64,000 nucleotides of DNA from Takakia lepidozioides (GCA_030704615.1 CM060733.1:65348001-65412000); one strand, 5' to 3'; numbered from the stretch's first letter, positions 13,201 to 26,732 are shown. Made by a program: numbers and translations. The notes: a model not told the origin generated them from the letters alone.

Positions 13201-15990
13201 GGGCCAGCCACCCTAGGGACTTAGCCCGAAAATGGCTAAGTCCCTGAACGGCAATAGGGCCTGGAACTGGAAAATGGCGCCGAATTTCCAGTTCAGGGCC
13301 AGCCAGTCTAGGGACTTAGCCATTTTCGGAGCCCTGACTGGAAATTCGGCGCCATTTTCCCTAACACCACATGAGGCCTCTAACATCCTGAAATGCAAGG
13401 ACTTGAAAGAAAGGCAGCGCGTATGTACCTGTACAGAAGGCGCATTGCTGCTTTGTCCGCGTTCGGCTGGTCGGTGAACTCGTAGCTCCGGCGAGCATCT
13501 GCTATCTCCCGAAAGAATAGGTTGGTTTTGTAGAGCATAAAGTACCTCGTCACATAGTCGCGTAGGCTCTCTGCTGCAGGAGATATCTCCATCCTGAACT
13601 GATGTGCTTGTGTGTCCAGCTGCTCTTGCGCATTCGTCGTCACCTGTGGAGATTCTCCATCAGATCGCTTTCTTGAAAAAATACAATGAATCCACCCCCT
13701 ACTAGAGTAGAAGCCCCAAACGAAGCGTGGGGAAGTACCTGAAACCACCATGTCATGCGGTTCATCCACATGTTGAATGTGGGGTCAGAGAGTTTGTCCG
13801 GTTTGGGGAAGCTCCACATGTCCCTGGTACTTTGGGAACCATTCTAGATTTGGAGCCACCGGGTCTGTCCAACCACCCAGCATATTTGTAAGCGCCAAAC
13901 ACCACAAAAAGGAGTTGTTGCCACCACAATTTGGTTAAGAATGTATCACCTTTTCTATTGCATCCACACAGGATGTGGCTAGACGATGGAGCTTCTCCAA
14001 TGTCATCGTGGGCTTCAGAGCGCGAGAGTAGTGCTTCCCCACCTCCACCAGAAAGTCGGCACCAAGGGCGGGATCAGCTATGGCCACGTACTTTACCATC
14101 TGCGACTTGTACTTTATGCGGGCCCTCACCTCCGCAGCTTTGACATACGATTCGAGTGTTGGATTCTTCTCCTCTGACTCCATGTAGAACCTCCGTGCAT
14201 GTGCCAAATCCTGCTGTATTTTCGTCTGTCAAGAATGCGCACATAAGATTAGAGATCCTGCTCAACACAATTTCTTCTATTGGGGGAGGAGATTAGAAAT
14301 CACGGTGAAGACCTTTTCTTCTATTGGGGGAGGAGAGACAGATTAGCTCAACAAAACTGTCAGGAGCTTTACCCGAAATATGTAGTCCACCATGGCGTCG
14401 ACGCTCAGCCTATACCAGTTCTGTCTGCCTTTGCCTCCGACTTGCGCAGGAGGTCGGCACTGAGCGAATTGGCAAACTCTTGCACCCCCTGCTTCCCGAC
14501 ATCCTTCACTCGGAAGAGCATATGGGACAAGTTGGTGGCAATGAAGGCATTCTCAGTCACCCTGCAGTGCCACATTTCCATCAAACAATACTGAAATGGG
14601 AATTTTCATCATATATGAGGATTCGCAATGAAATGACTTCCAAATTCAAAGTCCAAAATTGAGAGGCGTTGTAACTTACGAGTTGATGTCCGCCATTGCA
14701 GCTTTGAGAAGACTGCGATCTTTGGGCCCCGCAACCTTCAGCACAACACACTCCACGGCGAAATGCCAATCGAGGTCGTTGGGGTGGGCTTGGGCAATGT
14801 GCTCCATCCATGCCAGGAGGCGATGATTGCCGTCCCACACGTAGAACATCTTACCGGACAAGTGCTGGAAAAGAGGATCACTAGCAATCGATCTCTCGAA
14901 CTCCTCATTTCGCGTTTGCCAATGGGGACCCCATTTGTCCACCTCATCGGAAGTGTGGGCACGGGAAGCTCCGTGGTCGTTCTCAATGGAAACGTAAATG
15001 CGGCAGACCCCATTCGATATCCATCCCGGAAAGAGAATTTCAGCTTGTCGATATCGCCTGGGAGGGCAGGTCTCACCACCTGCAATGATGCAAAGGGGAA
15101 TTCGAAGCTTGGCCAGGTACACCATGCCCCCCAGCACCCTGCCAATGTTGCTGTGGGTTTGCCTCCAACATCTTGGCAGCGGCCAACTTCATATCCGCCT
15201 CCGACATGACGTCTGCTGGCAGAGGGGTTTTCCGCAGCCCACCAGGACCGCCAAATCCAGCCTGTATGCTCCGGGTTTGGGGCCTGGGGATGTCCGGGGG
15301 ATGTCATCCTGGTCAAAAAGCTCCATGTCGTCCTCCTCAACAGGGTCAGCCACCTGCAAACCACCTCCAACACTCTCCCCGTCTCTACTACCCTCTCCCT
15401 GGCTTCACCTCGAACTTGCACAATCCGTGCTCTCTCTGGTGTTCTTTCCTCTCCTCCTCTTGCCCGCGATGGTCTAACCGGTGTGTTGCTGCCTCTTTGT
15501 GGTGTCTTGGAGGGATCCACCATCTCTGTGCGTCCCTCACTTACATGGGAATCTGTCAGTTCGGAACCCCTGGCCTCTTCAGTGGCCTTTTCTCTTTCCT
15601 CCTGGCTAGCCTTGTGTCTTGCCTGTTCTTTTGCCCTCTCTTTTGCCCTCTCACGGGCTTTCTGTTTCTTATTAGGGCTAGCAGCAGGGGAGCCCGGATG
15701 GACGACCACCTTTGAGGTAGGCGAACTGACACCCTCGCGCGCACTGGGAACTCCCCCCTCCGCAGCCCGTGACGGCTCTCGCGCCGGGGATTGCACGTGC
15801 TTGGCTTTCTTCTTCTTCTTTGCTTGGACGGGCCCTACTGCTTCTGCATCAACAACCTCCATTGCCGGATCTGCTGTTCTCACTTCCTCACGCCCTTCAC
15901 CTGCCATGAGGCCTGCACCAACCTCCCCAATGCCTATTATGTCGTACTCTCGCTGTGCAGGTCCTCCCGTCCACCAACAAAGGTTGAAGT
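10297..15990 (-). pseudogene. Multi-exon cargo gene: basic N-terminus, ParB/Srx-like domain, helical region, beta-class N6A/N4C DNA methyltransferase-like domain, acidic tail
   Basis: YVWDGNHRLLAW (~14815-14845); DMILLDIPDG (motif IV-like, ~11765-11795); RSPAFIQTLMETCSDVQGRILDLTCSTG|ASMWAGTLSDRHVFAFE (motifs X-I-II). GT-AG introns 12650-13428 and 11085-11168 splice in frame. Frameshifts and a stop near 14405; 5' start uncertain. Confidence 0.75.
12735..13360. repeat. Intronic tandem array (~75-bp units) with the GGAAAATGGCGCCGAATTTCC quasi-palindrome
   Basis: Repeated CTAGGGACTTAGC...GCTAAGTCCC...GGAAAATGGCGCCGAATTTCCAG units inside intron 12650-13428. Confidence 0.92.
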
Positions 15991-16829
15991 TTGCCCTCTC
16001 GCTCCAAGCTGGGCGGTTCAAACATGCGATGAGTTGCAGCAGTCGATGATACCACCAGCGTGCCGGGCTCGTCGTCACTCTGTCATTCCCAAAATCGTGA
16101 GAACCAACATCGGTGCCAAAACCAGCATCGCAACCACCATAGCAACAATTGTGTAACAAAAATGAAAACATAACAAGTTTAGGAAGTATGGAGAGCCATG
16201 CAACAACAATGAAAATAAATGCAACCATTGCCTAAGAATGACATGCACAAGCAGCCTTCTCCAGAGCTGCCGGATTTGCGCACGCATTGCAAACAATCTA
16301 AGGTTCACTCAACTATCTAAGGTTCACTCATCCAGCGAAGCCAGGATGAAGATGCAAAAACAAAGCGAGGCAACAAAGCGAAAGCGAAAGCGAAAGCGAA
16401 AGCGAAATCGAACAACGCGAAAGCAGAAGTGGCTTGCCTGAGAGTACTCGGCTTCAGTTGGCGCGGGTTGTGAGCAAGACACTGGAATCTCCTGCTGGAG
16501 CTTCAGTTTGGCCATGCGAGAGATTGGCCGTCGTCCGTAGTACAGAGCTTTCAACTTCCGCCGCGGTCTGGATGTGAGGTCTCTCTCAGGAGAGCCACGC
16601 CCTTCAGGCGGCATAAGTCCCAGCCAAAATGGAAAAGATCTCCGTTTTTGGGGTACATGCCTCGAATAGCATGTTAAGCCAAGATTAGCATCAGATTTAG
16701 GGTACGTATCCAGGAAGCCATGTGTCGCCATCCCGAATGAAAATGGACGGCGGTGGCCATTTATTGCCCAGCTGCGCAATTAAATGTCGGATGAAGCCCT
16801 CCATGTCGGATGAAAAACGACGGAACACG

Positions 16830-18535
16830 GCCCGGAATTTCCAACGTAGAGGTAATTCGGAGCGCTGCAGGATGGAAATCCGGCGCCGGATTTCCATCCT
16901 GCAGGTAATTCGGAGCGCAGCAGGATGGAAATTCAGCGCCGAATTTCCATCTTGCAAGGTAGGGCGGCGCGCAAATTTCCCTCACGCAGGTAATTCAGAA
17001 GCGGATGGATGGAAATCCGGCGCCGGATTTCCATCCGCGCAGATAGGGCGGTGCGCGAAATTTCCCTCACGCAGGTAATTCGGAGGCGGATGGATGGAAA
17101 TCCGGCGTCGGATTTCCATCCGCGCAGGTAGGGCGCGCGCGCGAATTTCCCTCAGGCAGGTAATTCAGAGCGGATGGATGGAAATCCGGCGTCGATTTCC
17201 ATCCGCGCAGGTAGGGCGGCGCGCGAAATTTCCTCACGCAGGTAATTCGGAGGCGGATGGATGGAAATCCAGCGCCGGATTTCCATCCGCGCAGGTAGGG
17301 CGGCGCGCGAATTTCCTCACGCAGGTAATTCAGAAGGGGATGGATGGAAATCCGGCGCCGGATTTCCATCCGCGCAGGTAGGGCGGCGCGCGAAATTTCC
17401 CTCACGCAGGTAATTCGGAGGCGATGGATGGAAAATCTGGCGCCGGATTTCATCCGCGGAGGTAGGCGGCGTGCGAAATTCCCCCTCCGCAGGTAATTCG
17501 GAGGCGGATGGATGGAAACCGGCGCGGATTTCCATCCGCAAGGTTGGTCGGAGAGCGGATGGATGGAAATCCGGCGCGAATTTCCATCCAGCAGGTAAGT
17601 CGGATCGCTGGCTAGGATATTCGGCGCCGAATTTCCATCGCCAGGTATTTCGAAGCGCTGAATACCTTCCTGCAGGTAATTCTTAGCGTGTCCGATTGAT
17701 TTTTTCGGAGAAAAACAATAAACTGTTTGTTTGGTGGCTGAAGTGCACTTGTAGACACGTTTTTCTTGGAATCCTTGACTGCTAGAGGCAAATCGGAACA
17801 GCCTCGGATGGAAATTCGACGCCGTTTTTCCATTCTGGGAGCTTTTTACGACTTCCTTTGAGGGGGCCCCGATGGAATTCGGCGCCGAATTTCCATCCGG
17901 GGGATGGTCTCTGTCGGAGAGTGCCGGCCTCTCCGCCGCTCTGTTGGATATTCGGTGCCGAATTTCGTCCGGGGGTTGAAATGTGACGGCCAGGTGCCGA
18001 CCTCTCCCCCCTCCCTGACTGCATTGGAACGGCCCCGGATGGAAATTCGGCGCCGTTTTGAGGTTTTTATGCCGGCCAGTTTTCGGCCTGACCCCCGACA
18101 CGACTTCCTTTGGGGGGGCCCGGATGGAAATTCGGCGCCGAATCTTCATCCAGGGGATGTTCTCTGTCGCACACGCGCCGGCCTCTGCGCCTGAGGCGAC
18201 TTCATCCGGGCTTCCCCTGTTGTATATTCGGTGCCGAATTTCCGTCCGGGGGTTGTAATGTGAGGGCCAGATGGCGGCCTTTCCCCCGAGCCGACTGCAT
18301 CCGAAAGGCCTCGGATGGAAATTCGGCGCCGTTTTCCATCCGCGGAGGTTTGTATGTCGGCCAGTTTTCGGCCTGACCCCCCGACAGGACTTCCTTTGGG
18401 GGGATCCGAATGGAAATTCGGCGCTAAATTTCCATCCGGGGGATGTTCTCTGTCGGACAGGTGCCGACATCTCTGCCCCAGACGACTTCATCCGTGCGGC
18501 CCTGTTGGATATTGGGTGCCGAATTTCCATTCGGG
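16830..18535. repeat. Central palindrome array, GGATGGAAAT(T/C)CGGCGCCG(A/G)ATTTCCATCC, between the divergent cargo and transposase genes
   Basis: More than 20 copies, in ~85-bp and larger higher-order units. Confidence 0.93.
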
Positions 18536-18919
18536 GGTAGTAATGTGACGGCACGGTGCCGGCTTCTCCCCTTCAGCCGACATCATCCGGACGGCCCCCC
18601 ACTTTCTGACTGCATAGCGTTGGCAGTTATTGCGCAAAGACCAGGGGCCGCATTCCGGAGACAAGGTTCATTAACACTCTGACTGTGGATTTTTGAGATA
18701 GTTGGCTCCCTGGATTTGGATCAGGCTTCGTCGCTCGGACAAATCGGCACCGCATTCCTTCCCATCGCTGCATCCCCCTTCTACCAGGGAGCTTCCCCGC
18801 ACGCCATCCTGGCAGTCTTGTGTGCACATCTCCCATGGCGGAAAACCCGAGCGCTACAGTGTACTGCCCTCTTCACGAGCATAGAGCTTCATTTCCGTGC
18901 AGAGGGACATCTGCCGGGT

Positions 18920-21900
18920 GATGGAGAAATATCTGTGCGTTCGATACCACCTGAAACCGGGGTCGGTTTTTTGGAGGAGGAAAGGAAGGACTCAAACGGC
19001 CTTGTTGTCGAGAGTATTGTTGTGCTCCACGATGATTTCGGCGATGGTAGGGAATGGCGAGTTCCACCATCGGACAACGTCATATACAGGGCTGTTGGGG
19101 ACTTCATTTGCCGCCAAATGCACCTTCTATCCTGGCGCCTTCCACGAAACAATCCGCGAATCAGAGAGTGACTACCTCAAAGAGAGAAGTCCGCAACGAA
19201 GTAAATCCAGAGCCGAACCCATCCATGAAGACGAGCGAGAACCGGGTTGTTCACAACCTGTCCGACTCAGACAAGGTCATGGAAGTTCCGAGGTCGTCCT
19301 GGAGATCAGGCAAGTCCTCAATAGACGTCAGTGGAGGAGGGAGTCATATTCCCAGCACGAGCACCACAGTTCGATCTATTCTTGAAATTATGCGAGGGCT
19401 TCACCTAGAGGGACACCGGTCAGAGCTGGCCGGGCTGGACTACAGCAAGTTCGCAATTAAATCGGTTACATGTCTTCCCGCCGACGTCGACGGTAATATC
19501 TTCTTTGAGTTCCCTCCTCGGGCGGACTACTCAGGGCGTCCGGAATGTTGACAGATATGGATAGAAAACATGACGGTCATCCTTGGTGCGTTACCAAAAC
19601 CACCAGCTTGAAGATGCTCGATGGTGTGCGGGTGCACTACGTTGTTTGTGCGGGCGCGTTGCGGTGTTTCTCCCCAACTTGCTTCCACTTTAAATCCAGA
19701 GGTCACAGGAACGAGACCGATTGGACAGGCACAGCTCATCAACCATTTCGAGCTCAGGAGAAGGTTCCGAACTCCACATTTAAGTGTGCGCATTGCAAAG
19801 AACCACCACACTGCATGTCTGTTTGTAATGCCAAGCAGTTCTATGTGTTGCACCGTTTCCCTGACCTCACCCGAGCTTGCATACACGTTGGATCCCATTG
19901 TCACAAATTGGCAAGGGGGAACTTGCGGGAGGCTGCCCAAAAGGTAGAGCAGCTCGTTCAGGAGGAGGTTAAGTTGAGACCGGGTGCCAAACCCAAACAG
20001 ATACAGCTCCAAGCCGCCCATAAGATGGCGTTGGCCAGAATTATGTCGGAAGACGGCTCCGACAGAGTTCCTCTCGATGACAAGGAAATGGAGGCATTGC
20101 TGGAGTCGGTGTCCCACGTCTGTTCACCGAATGTCCGAAACCACATTGTGTCATGCAAACAGAAAATTGGGCGTGGCTCGGATATGCACTCCATTCTGGA
20201 GGTGAAGCAACGATGTGGATATGACTACATTCATGGAAGTCGGTTTCTATGACAAGGGACTGAGGCAGATCGTTGTTTCGTATTCAAAATGTCCACGTGT
20301 GGACCTGGCAGCGGCGTCGAACTGGTCCACAAGATGACGAGTGGGGACTTGTCAAACAGTTGAGTCATGTTCGACCATATTAAGCAAATTACAAATCACC
20401 AGTGGGTGACAATGGGTGCACATGTCTACGACACCCACTGCAGGATGCTAATGACAATTGCTATTTGTGAGATGAAAGGAGAGGACACACAATCGGAGAT
20501 GCTTCTTTGGCAGGGAATAAACGAACAGATGGCCAAGGCGGGATTGCCCCCTCCCAATTTCCGTGGTTTCATGGCGGACAACGCACAAGCAAATTGGGCT
20601 GCCATCCGAAGGGTGTACGGGGAAGACCCCAATGTTCCCATGGAAGGCAAGGAGAGATCTTGTGGGTTCCATTTTCTGCAGAGCCTTTCGCAGTACACAA
20701 CCAGGCTCGTGGCGCCAGATTTCAGAGAGGAGCACCGTTCCATGTGCCTTGCGTGGAAGCGCGCTCCCACCTTGGATGATGCAGAGACACAGTTTGCATG
20801 TATACGGGCTTGGTGGACATCGTCAGGTGCTATAAGGAAATCAGACGAGGGAGCAATGGTCAGTTGGCTAGCATGGTGGCATTATCGTTTCCTCCAGTTC
20901 GGCGACTATATGCGGGAGGTGAGTTGCACGAATTCGCGTCCCGTTGAATATTATTCTTGGCCATATTTGTAACTTGCTTGTAACCTCAACATGTGCTTGT
21001 GCAAGAAATGTGTCTCGACTCCGACACCGACATGCCCACGACAAACATGGCCGAATCAGTGCACTCTTCCTGGCGTGCCTCCTCTGCGGCGCATCTGGTG
21101 GACATCCTCACTGCCACAACGGAGGACATTGTGAGGTCAATTATGCAGCAAAGCAGGTACAACGAGTTCTTGAAAGGGAAACAGTGGGGCTTGGGGCCGG
21201 ACAGGCAGGAAATGCTGATGCGGACTGCCTCTAGATCGAAGAATCCTCGGAAGTGGGCGGCGGCCTTGCGAGAGGGCCTTCGGGACACGCCATTGCTGCG
21301 AAGAGGCCAACATTTGGAAGGAGATGTTCATACCCGTCCAGTGAACGAAGACTTGACGAGGCACCTGGCGGAGAAGAGGATTCATGGCGAGCTGACAAGA
21401 ATATTCGCACGCTCCTTCGTGGTCCGGTGATGTTGCCTGAGGAGGTCTCGTCGAGCACCGCAAGTCCTGCACGTTCAAGATCGTCATCTCCTTTGAGCAC
21501 AAGGCGCGTGCCCCGACAACATAACAAGCCATCTGTAGTAAAACAGTACAACATTCCCATTGTGGAGACAAGAGTGTCGGAGTCACAGTGGAGAATTGCG
21601 AGGACATTGCCGGCATTTCGATGGAAGTGCTGCGCCATCCGGGTGGATACGAGAGCACGTTGTGGTGAGATGATTCGGAGCAACCCACACGGTGCTGTAC
21701 CTGCACCTTGTTTCAGCGGCAGATTTTTGACTCCCACATTTGCTCATGCCACAACGCAGACATTTTGGTTCTGTAGGCACGACATAATGACCTGTGTATT
21801 TGGCAAGCCCAAGTACGGGATTCAGGGAATGCCGGAGCCTCCGGGCGTCTGGCCTGTTGCACCGGGTTGCAGCCTCTCTCAGAATGAGGCGGATGCTCTA

Positions 21901-22422
21901 TCTGCAGCAGGATTTTGAATGGTGCAACGCACAGACATCCCGGCCCACGCATTTTCGGTTCCTCAGACCCAGCCATTGCAGACTGCTCGGTCCAGTAGAG
22001 ACGGATTGGACAATTTTGCACATCCCACAATGCGATTCGGAAGAGTGAAGAGACGACACCCTCCCAACAAGTTGAATGAGACTCGGATTGCCAATGCTCT
22101 TGGGATGGCTTGCACTATTCAGAGCTCCGTGGACGTACCCCCACCCGGCCTTGGGCGTGTGTATCGGATGGCAACGGCCGGCTCGGCTGTACGCGACGAT
22201 GTATACACAATTACGATTGGAGTGGAGCCGACTTGCAATTGTACGGACTTCTCGTTGATGGAAGCAAAGAAGGGTTCGAAGTATTATCCGTGCAAGCATC
22301 TGTATTACATTTACCTGAAGAGGTTGAGGATGAACGTGACTATTGATGACTTTATTCATGCACCGGCGTTGAGCGTGAACGAGCTGCACAAACTCCTCCT
22401 TAGGGATTCCAGAAATCATTGA
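18920..22422 (+). pseudogene. MULE DDE transposase with a Cys/His-rich N-terminal domain and a C-terminal SWIM zinc finger
   Basis: MFDH, FMADNAQA, CGFH (Mutator CxxH), TTNMAES; SWIM CNCTDF...CKHLYY; TGA stops near 20250, 20361 and 21916; probable intron after 20918. Confidence 0.85.
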
Positions 22423-22569
22423 TGGGGCAAAGGGAATCCTCCATATGGATATTTTCAATTGCATTTTGCTGTATCAGATGTTGATCTCAGTTTGAATGGA
22501 ATATTGCCTCATTCCAGGAGTTTTGGGGTGCGTTTCATTACACTGCAAAAAAGCAGTTGTGGGGCCATT

Positions 22570-22930
22570 TCTGGAAAAATGGCGCCGAATTTCTCTTTTT
22601 GGGGCCGAAAACTGGCTAAGTCCCAACATGCACTGGTACCTGTGTCTGGGAAAATGGCGCCGAATTTCTCTTTTTTGGGCCGAAAACTGGCTAAGTCCCA
22701 ACATGCACTGGTACAGTGTCTGGAAAAATGGCGTCGAATTTCCCTATTTTGCGCCGAAAACTGGCTAAGTCCGAACATGCACTGGAAAAATGACGCCGAA
22801 TTACCTGTCATGAGGGGACCTATAGCCGCGGAATTCGGCACCATTTTTCGCCAGAGAGACTTATTACCGCGAAATACGTCGCCATTTTTTCAGGTTACGG
22901 ACCCTATTACCGCGAAATTCGGCGCCATAT
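22570..22930. repeat. Subterminal array of the same GGAAAAATGGCGCCGAATTTC motif
   Basis: About 7 copies, several with GGCTAAGTCCC. Confidence 0.88.
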
Positions 22931-25900
22931 TTGCACATGTCGTTGGGAATTGGCATGAGCGGAAGATGAAATATCATGAGCACAACTGTCAAAACTACAA
23001 TTTTCCCTTCAAGGGGCCGAATAATATATTTGTTTTTCCTGACACATTGCATTAAATTAATGTTTTTATTGTTTTTTATTTTTGAAATTTGTACTTCTGC
23101 TCATGAAAACCGATTGTCTTACTACTCCGCTCATGCCGCTCATGCTGCTCATGCCGCTCATGCTCATGAAATAACTAACCTCGTGTTAAACATCCCATGT
23201 TCCACCTCCTTGAGCATTTGTCACATACCAACATGGTTGTGGCACTACCAGCATGCCCATATAGCATGCAACGCAATCATGCAGGTACCACTGCAAGGTT
23301 GGGATTTATTCTCTCATCCACATGTGGAAGGTGACATGGCGCACAATTGCGCACATGGTCCTTCCATACCATGCCATCTCGACCCTCCATAATCAATACT
23401 CCTGAAGGCAACACCTCTCATACCCGTAGAATCACACGCCCTGCTGTGACATCCAAGGTCGTAGGCGCTGTCTACTGCAGATACACATAATCCCCAGGGT
23501 TGAATCTCCGAACACCCGGTCGATATCCTCCTCCACGTATAGTGGCATACCTCAATGTGTCTCAGTGTTGGGCAATAGCAAGGTTCTCAAAAGCCATAGG
23601 CATGACTCTTTTGAACAACTCTGCTCGTTGGTCACACGCTTGTGTCCACACATCCGGATCATCAAGGTCGAGGAATACTGCAGCCTCCCTGTGAATAGAT
23701 GCAGGCAAATCTGGCTCTCGGCCGAAGAGAACAAAGTAAGGTGAGAACGAGGCAAGTGATACTTGCTTTAATTTCTTCCTTAAGCACCCTATTCATTGTT
23801 CTTTGGAAAGTAGCAGTGGCATTTTTTAGCCCAAATGGCATGACCAGCCATTCATACAATCCCTTCTTGGTGATTACTGCTGTTTTGCTTATATCTCGGT
23901 CGTCCATCTTAATCTGCCAAAAACCAGATTGTAAATCCAGAGCAGAGAACCACTTGGCTTTCCCCAACTGGTTCAAAACATCCTGAATTAATGACATAGG
24001 GTAAGAGTCCCTCCTAGTCAAGCGGTTCACCGGCCTGAAATCACCACAAAAACGCTTGGATCCATCCTTTTTTGGTGGAAGGGTGACTGGACATGACCAT
24101 TCTGAACTACTTTCCTGCATCTTACCTTGTGAGATCAAAGTCTCAATCTGTCTTTGTACCTCGTTTTCCTCCCACTCTGATAGGCGGCTGGGACGACTTC
24201 TGCAAGGGGGAAAACCTTGTGTATCAATTGTATGTTCCACCTCACTGCAATAACCCAAGTCAGCTTTGCTAAGAGCAAAACATTCCTGATTTTCTCTCAG
24301 CTCTTGCTCAAGTTCTATCCTATGTTCTGGGGCTAGCTCTGGATTGATGTGAAGTCTGGATTTCAGACTTTTCCAACGACTCTCCATTTCTTCTTCATGG
24401 CTGGGTTCCCAACTCTTTCCCTCCACCTGGTGTACAGAGTTAGCTACCCTCTGCCTTTCTTCCTGAGTCACAACCTGATTCCAATCATGGAAATCATCCT
24501 CTATTTCCACGTTGTTGTTCCCTAGTTCACCATTCCAAGCTTTCTGGTAAGCTTCCTGTATGATAGAGGCAGCCATGCTACGATGGGTCTCTTCCTGAAG
24601 GAGTTCAGACATCCCTTGGTCTTTGAACAAATCCTCCCCTAGGTTGACATTATCTATTATCTCCTCTACATTCTTCAGGGCTCTATCTACCTTTTCGTTC
24701 TCCTCATATCCTCCCATCTCCTCATCTTTATCAGATTCAGAGCTGTCAGAGTCTAGAGATCCTTCCTCCGTGTCCACAAACTCTTCCTTGGGCTTTCTTT
24801 CTTCTTCCCACAAACCTAGGTACTGTTCATCTGATGTCAGGGTCAAGACATTTCCTGCTGACGTAGTGCTTGCATACCTTACTCTGCCCTCATCCCCTCT
24901 ATGGTAGGCTATTCTGGTGACTACAGGCTCATTATAATTTATAGTGTGCAAAGGGAAGTGAGCAAAATCCTTTCCTGGCCCACAGCGTACATGAATCGTT
25001 TCAGCTTTGGTGTCAACTACCGCGCCAAACTTTTTGAGAAAGTCCAAGCCCAAAAGCATGTGATACGTATCCGTGTTTACCACCATAAAGGACAAGCGAT
25101 TGGTCAGCTCTCCTACTTTGACCTTGATGTCCTCAAGTCTGCCCATTGCAGTCTCAAGAGCACCTGAGGCTACTCTGTAATTTACATCCTTATCAGTAAC
25201 AACAGATCCCATCAGACCAAGATCCCTGACTGTACTTGCGGATATTACAGAAAGCATGGCACCGGTGTCAATTTGGCCTAATACTTGGTAATCTCCCATT
25301 GTAATCATTACATGAAGCGCTTTAACCTTACCAGTATAAGCATACGAGATCGTGGGCTCAGCGTGGGCTCAGTACAAAGGCCTTGGAACATCCCTCACAA
25401 TTTCTACACTGTGAGTTGTCTCCTTTTGTTGTACCATTGCCCTTTCCACCACTTTGACCAGCCCCTTTAATTTGTCTAACTCTCCGGGCACAGTCATGAT
25501 TAGGTCCATGGGAGACAAGGATATTCTCCCCTTGTAGAAGTGGTTTAGGATTCTGGATTTAGTACCTCCTTCTATGGCAGCTTTGAAATTGTTCTTTGGG
25601 TAGATCTCACTCTTGGTCTTGCTTGGCTGTTCACTGCTCTCACCATTCCTCTCTGGTGACTCTGTAGGTTCAACAGTAGGACTCTGGACAGGGATACGCG
25701 TCCTTGGAAGTCTGACTTCATTGATACTGTTTTGTGACATCAGATCTGTCATTTCTGCGAGTACATCATCCTCATCATCATAGAACACATCTACAAAGTT
25801 AGTTCCAGGAGTTCCCATCATAGTCTGGTCAAGTTTTCTACTGCACTCACTCTCTGTATGCCCTAGTACCTTGCAAAAGTTGCATCTCACACCACACATT

Positions 25901-26732
25901 TCCGTGGAATGCCCAAACCGGTGACATTTGTCACACTTAGCTTGGGTTCTTCCTTCAGGACAATATGTAGCTATGTGACCTTCTTTATGACAAACGTTAC
26001 AAAGGCGAACACGAGGAGGTGTTCTAGATCCAGAGCTTTCTCCTATGACTGGTCCCCTATCAAAGTACTTCTATAGGGTAGTGTTTAGCTGATCAAGTCT
26101 TCTGTCCACAGGGTTGACAAACACAACTGACTCATCTGTATCATCTCCTTCCAATGGCTCTAGAGGTATTTCCCCCAACTTTCCCAGGCCCCTCTCAATC
26201 TCAATGGCTGTCTCAAGTGCTTCCTCTACATCAGAGAAGCGCCTGCCCAGAATTACTCTTGCTATTTCAGGTCTCAAACCTGCTGCAAATCTACGCCTCT
26301 GTTCCAAATCAGACACCCCACTTCTTATAAACAACCGGTTCAACCTATCAAAGTATGTCTGAACCCTTTGTCTATTTTCCTGTTTGATGGTATCCATCCT
26401 CAGCCTGATTTCTGCCAAGTCAATGACACCAAACTTGGCTGATATGGCTGCCCTGAAATCTTCCCAGTTGCCTGGTCTAGGGTTTTGTTTACGGTACCAT
26501 TCATCAGCCTTGGCTCTCAGGTTGAGCCTTGCTACCTTGAAGGTTTTATCCTCATTTAAATCTCTGACATTGCCTCCATCTGAATCCTTTCCAGCCAGTC
26601 ATTCACATCTTCACTATTCCTACCATGATAAGGCACATCTATGCTAGTTGGACTGGTCATTCTTCTACTCTCTAGTCTGAGTTCAAACTGGTTTTAACAC
26701 CTAATTCTGATTCTAATTTTTTTGCAACACCC

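Larger units (their letters stand above)
10076..23182 (+). mobile_element. Mutator-like (MULE) DNA transposon, 13.1 kb, short imperfect TIRs
   Basis: 9-bp TSD GTGTTAAAC (10067-10075, 23183-23191). Ends GGGGGCTGCTATTTCATGAGC / GCTCATGAAATAACTAACCTC, with subterminal ATGAGC repeats. Removing it restores the PHD-coding sequence of element D. Confidence 0.93.
9203..23770 (-). mobile_element. Gypsy element D (same family), 3' part only: B-A-B terminus and IN C-terminus/PHD, interrupted by a MULE
   Basis: B2 9203-9287, A2 9289-9655, GC, B1 9658-9742, G-tract; 9800-10075 plus 23192-23770 are colinear with the IN C-terminus/PHD of element A (SPYFVLFGREP, FENLAIAQH, YATIRGGGYRPG). Confidence 0.85.

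Noticed and set aside
10297-15990. Bacterial contamination or prophage ParB-MTase
   Set aside because: It has spliceosomal introns, one shared with a paralog, and lies inside a TSD-bounded MULE.
16830-18535. CRISPR array (palindromic repeats with spacers; also 5.1, 8.4, 12.7, 42.6-44.6 and 63.4 kb)
   Set aside because: The spacers are themselves repeated or irregular, there are no cas genes, and the context is a eukaryotic transposon.
16697-18554. ORFs with repeated MEIRRRISI/WKFGAEFPS peptides (also 42.4-44.6 kb and 63.2-64 kb)
   Set aside because: Artefacts of palindromic repeats, open in several frames on both strands.
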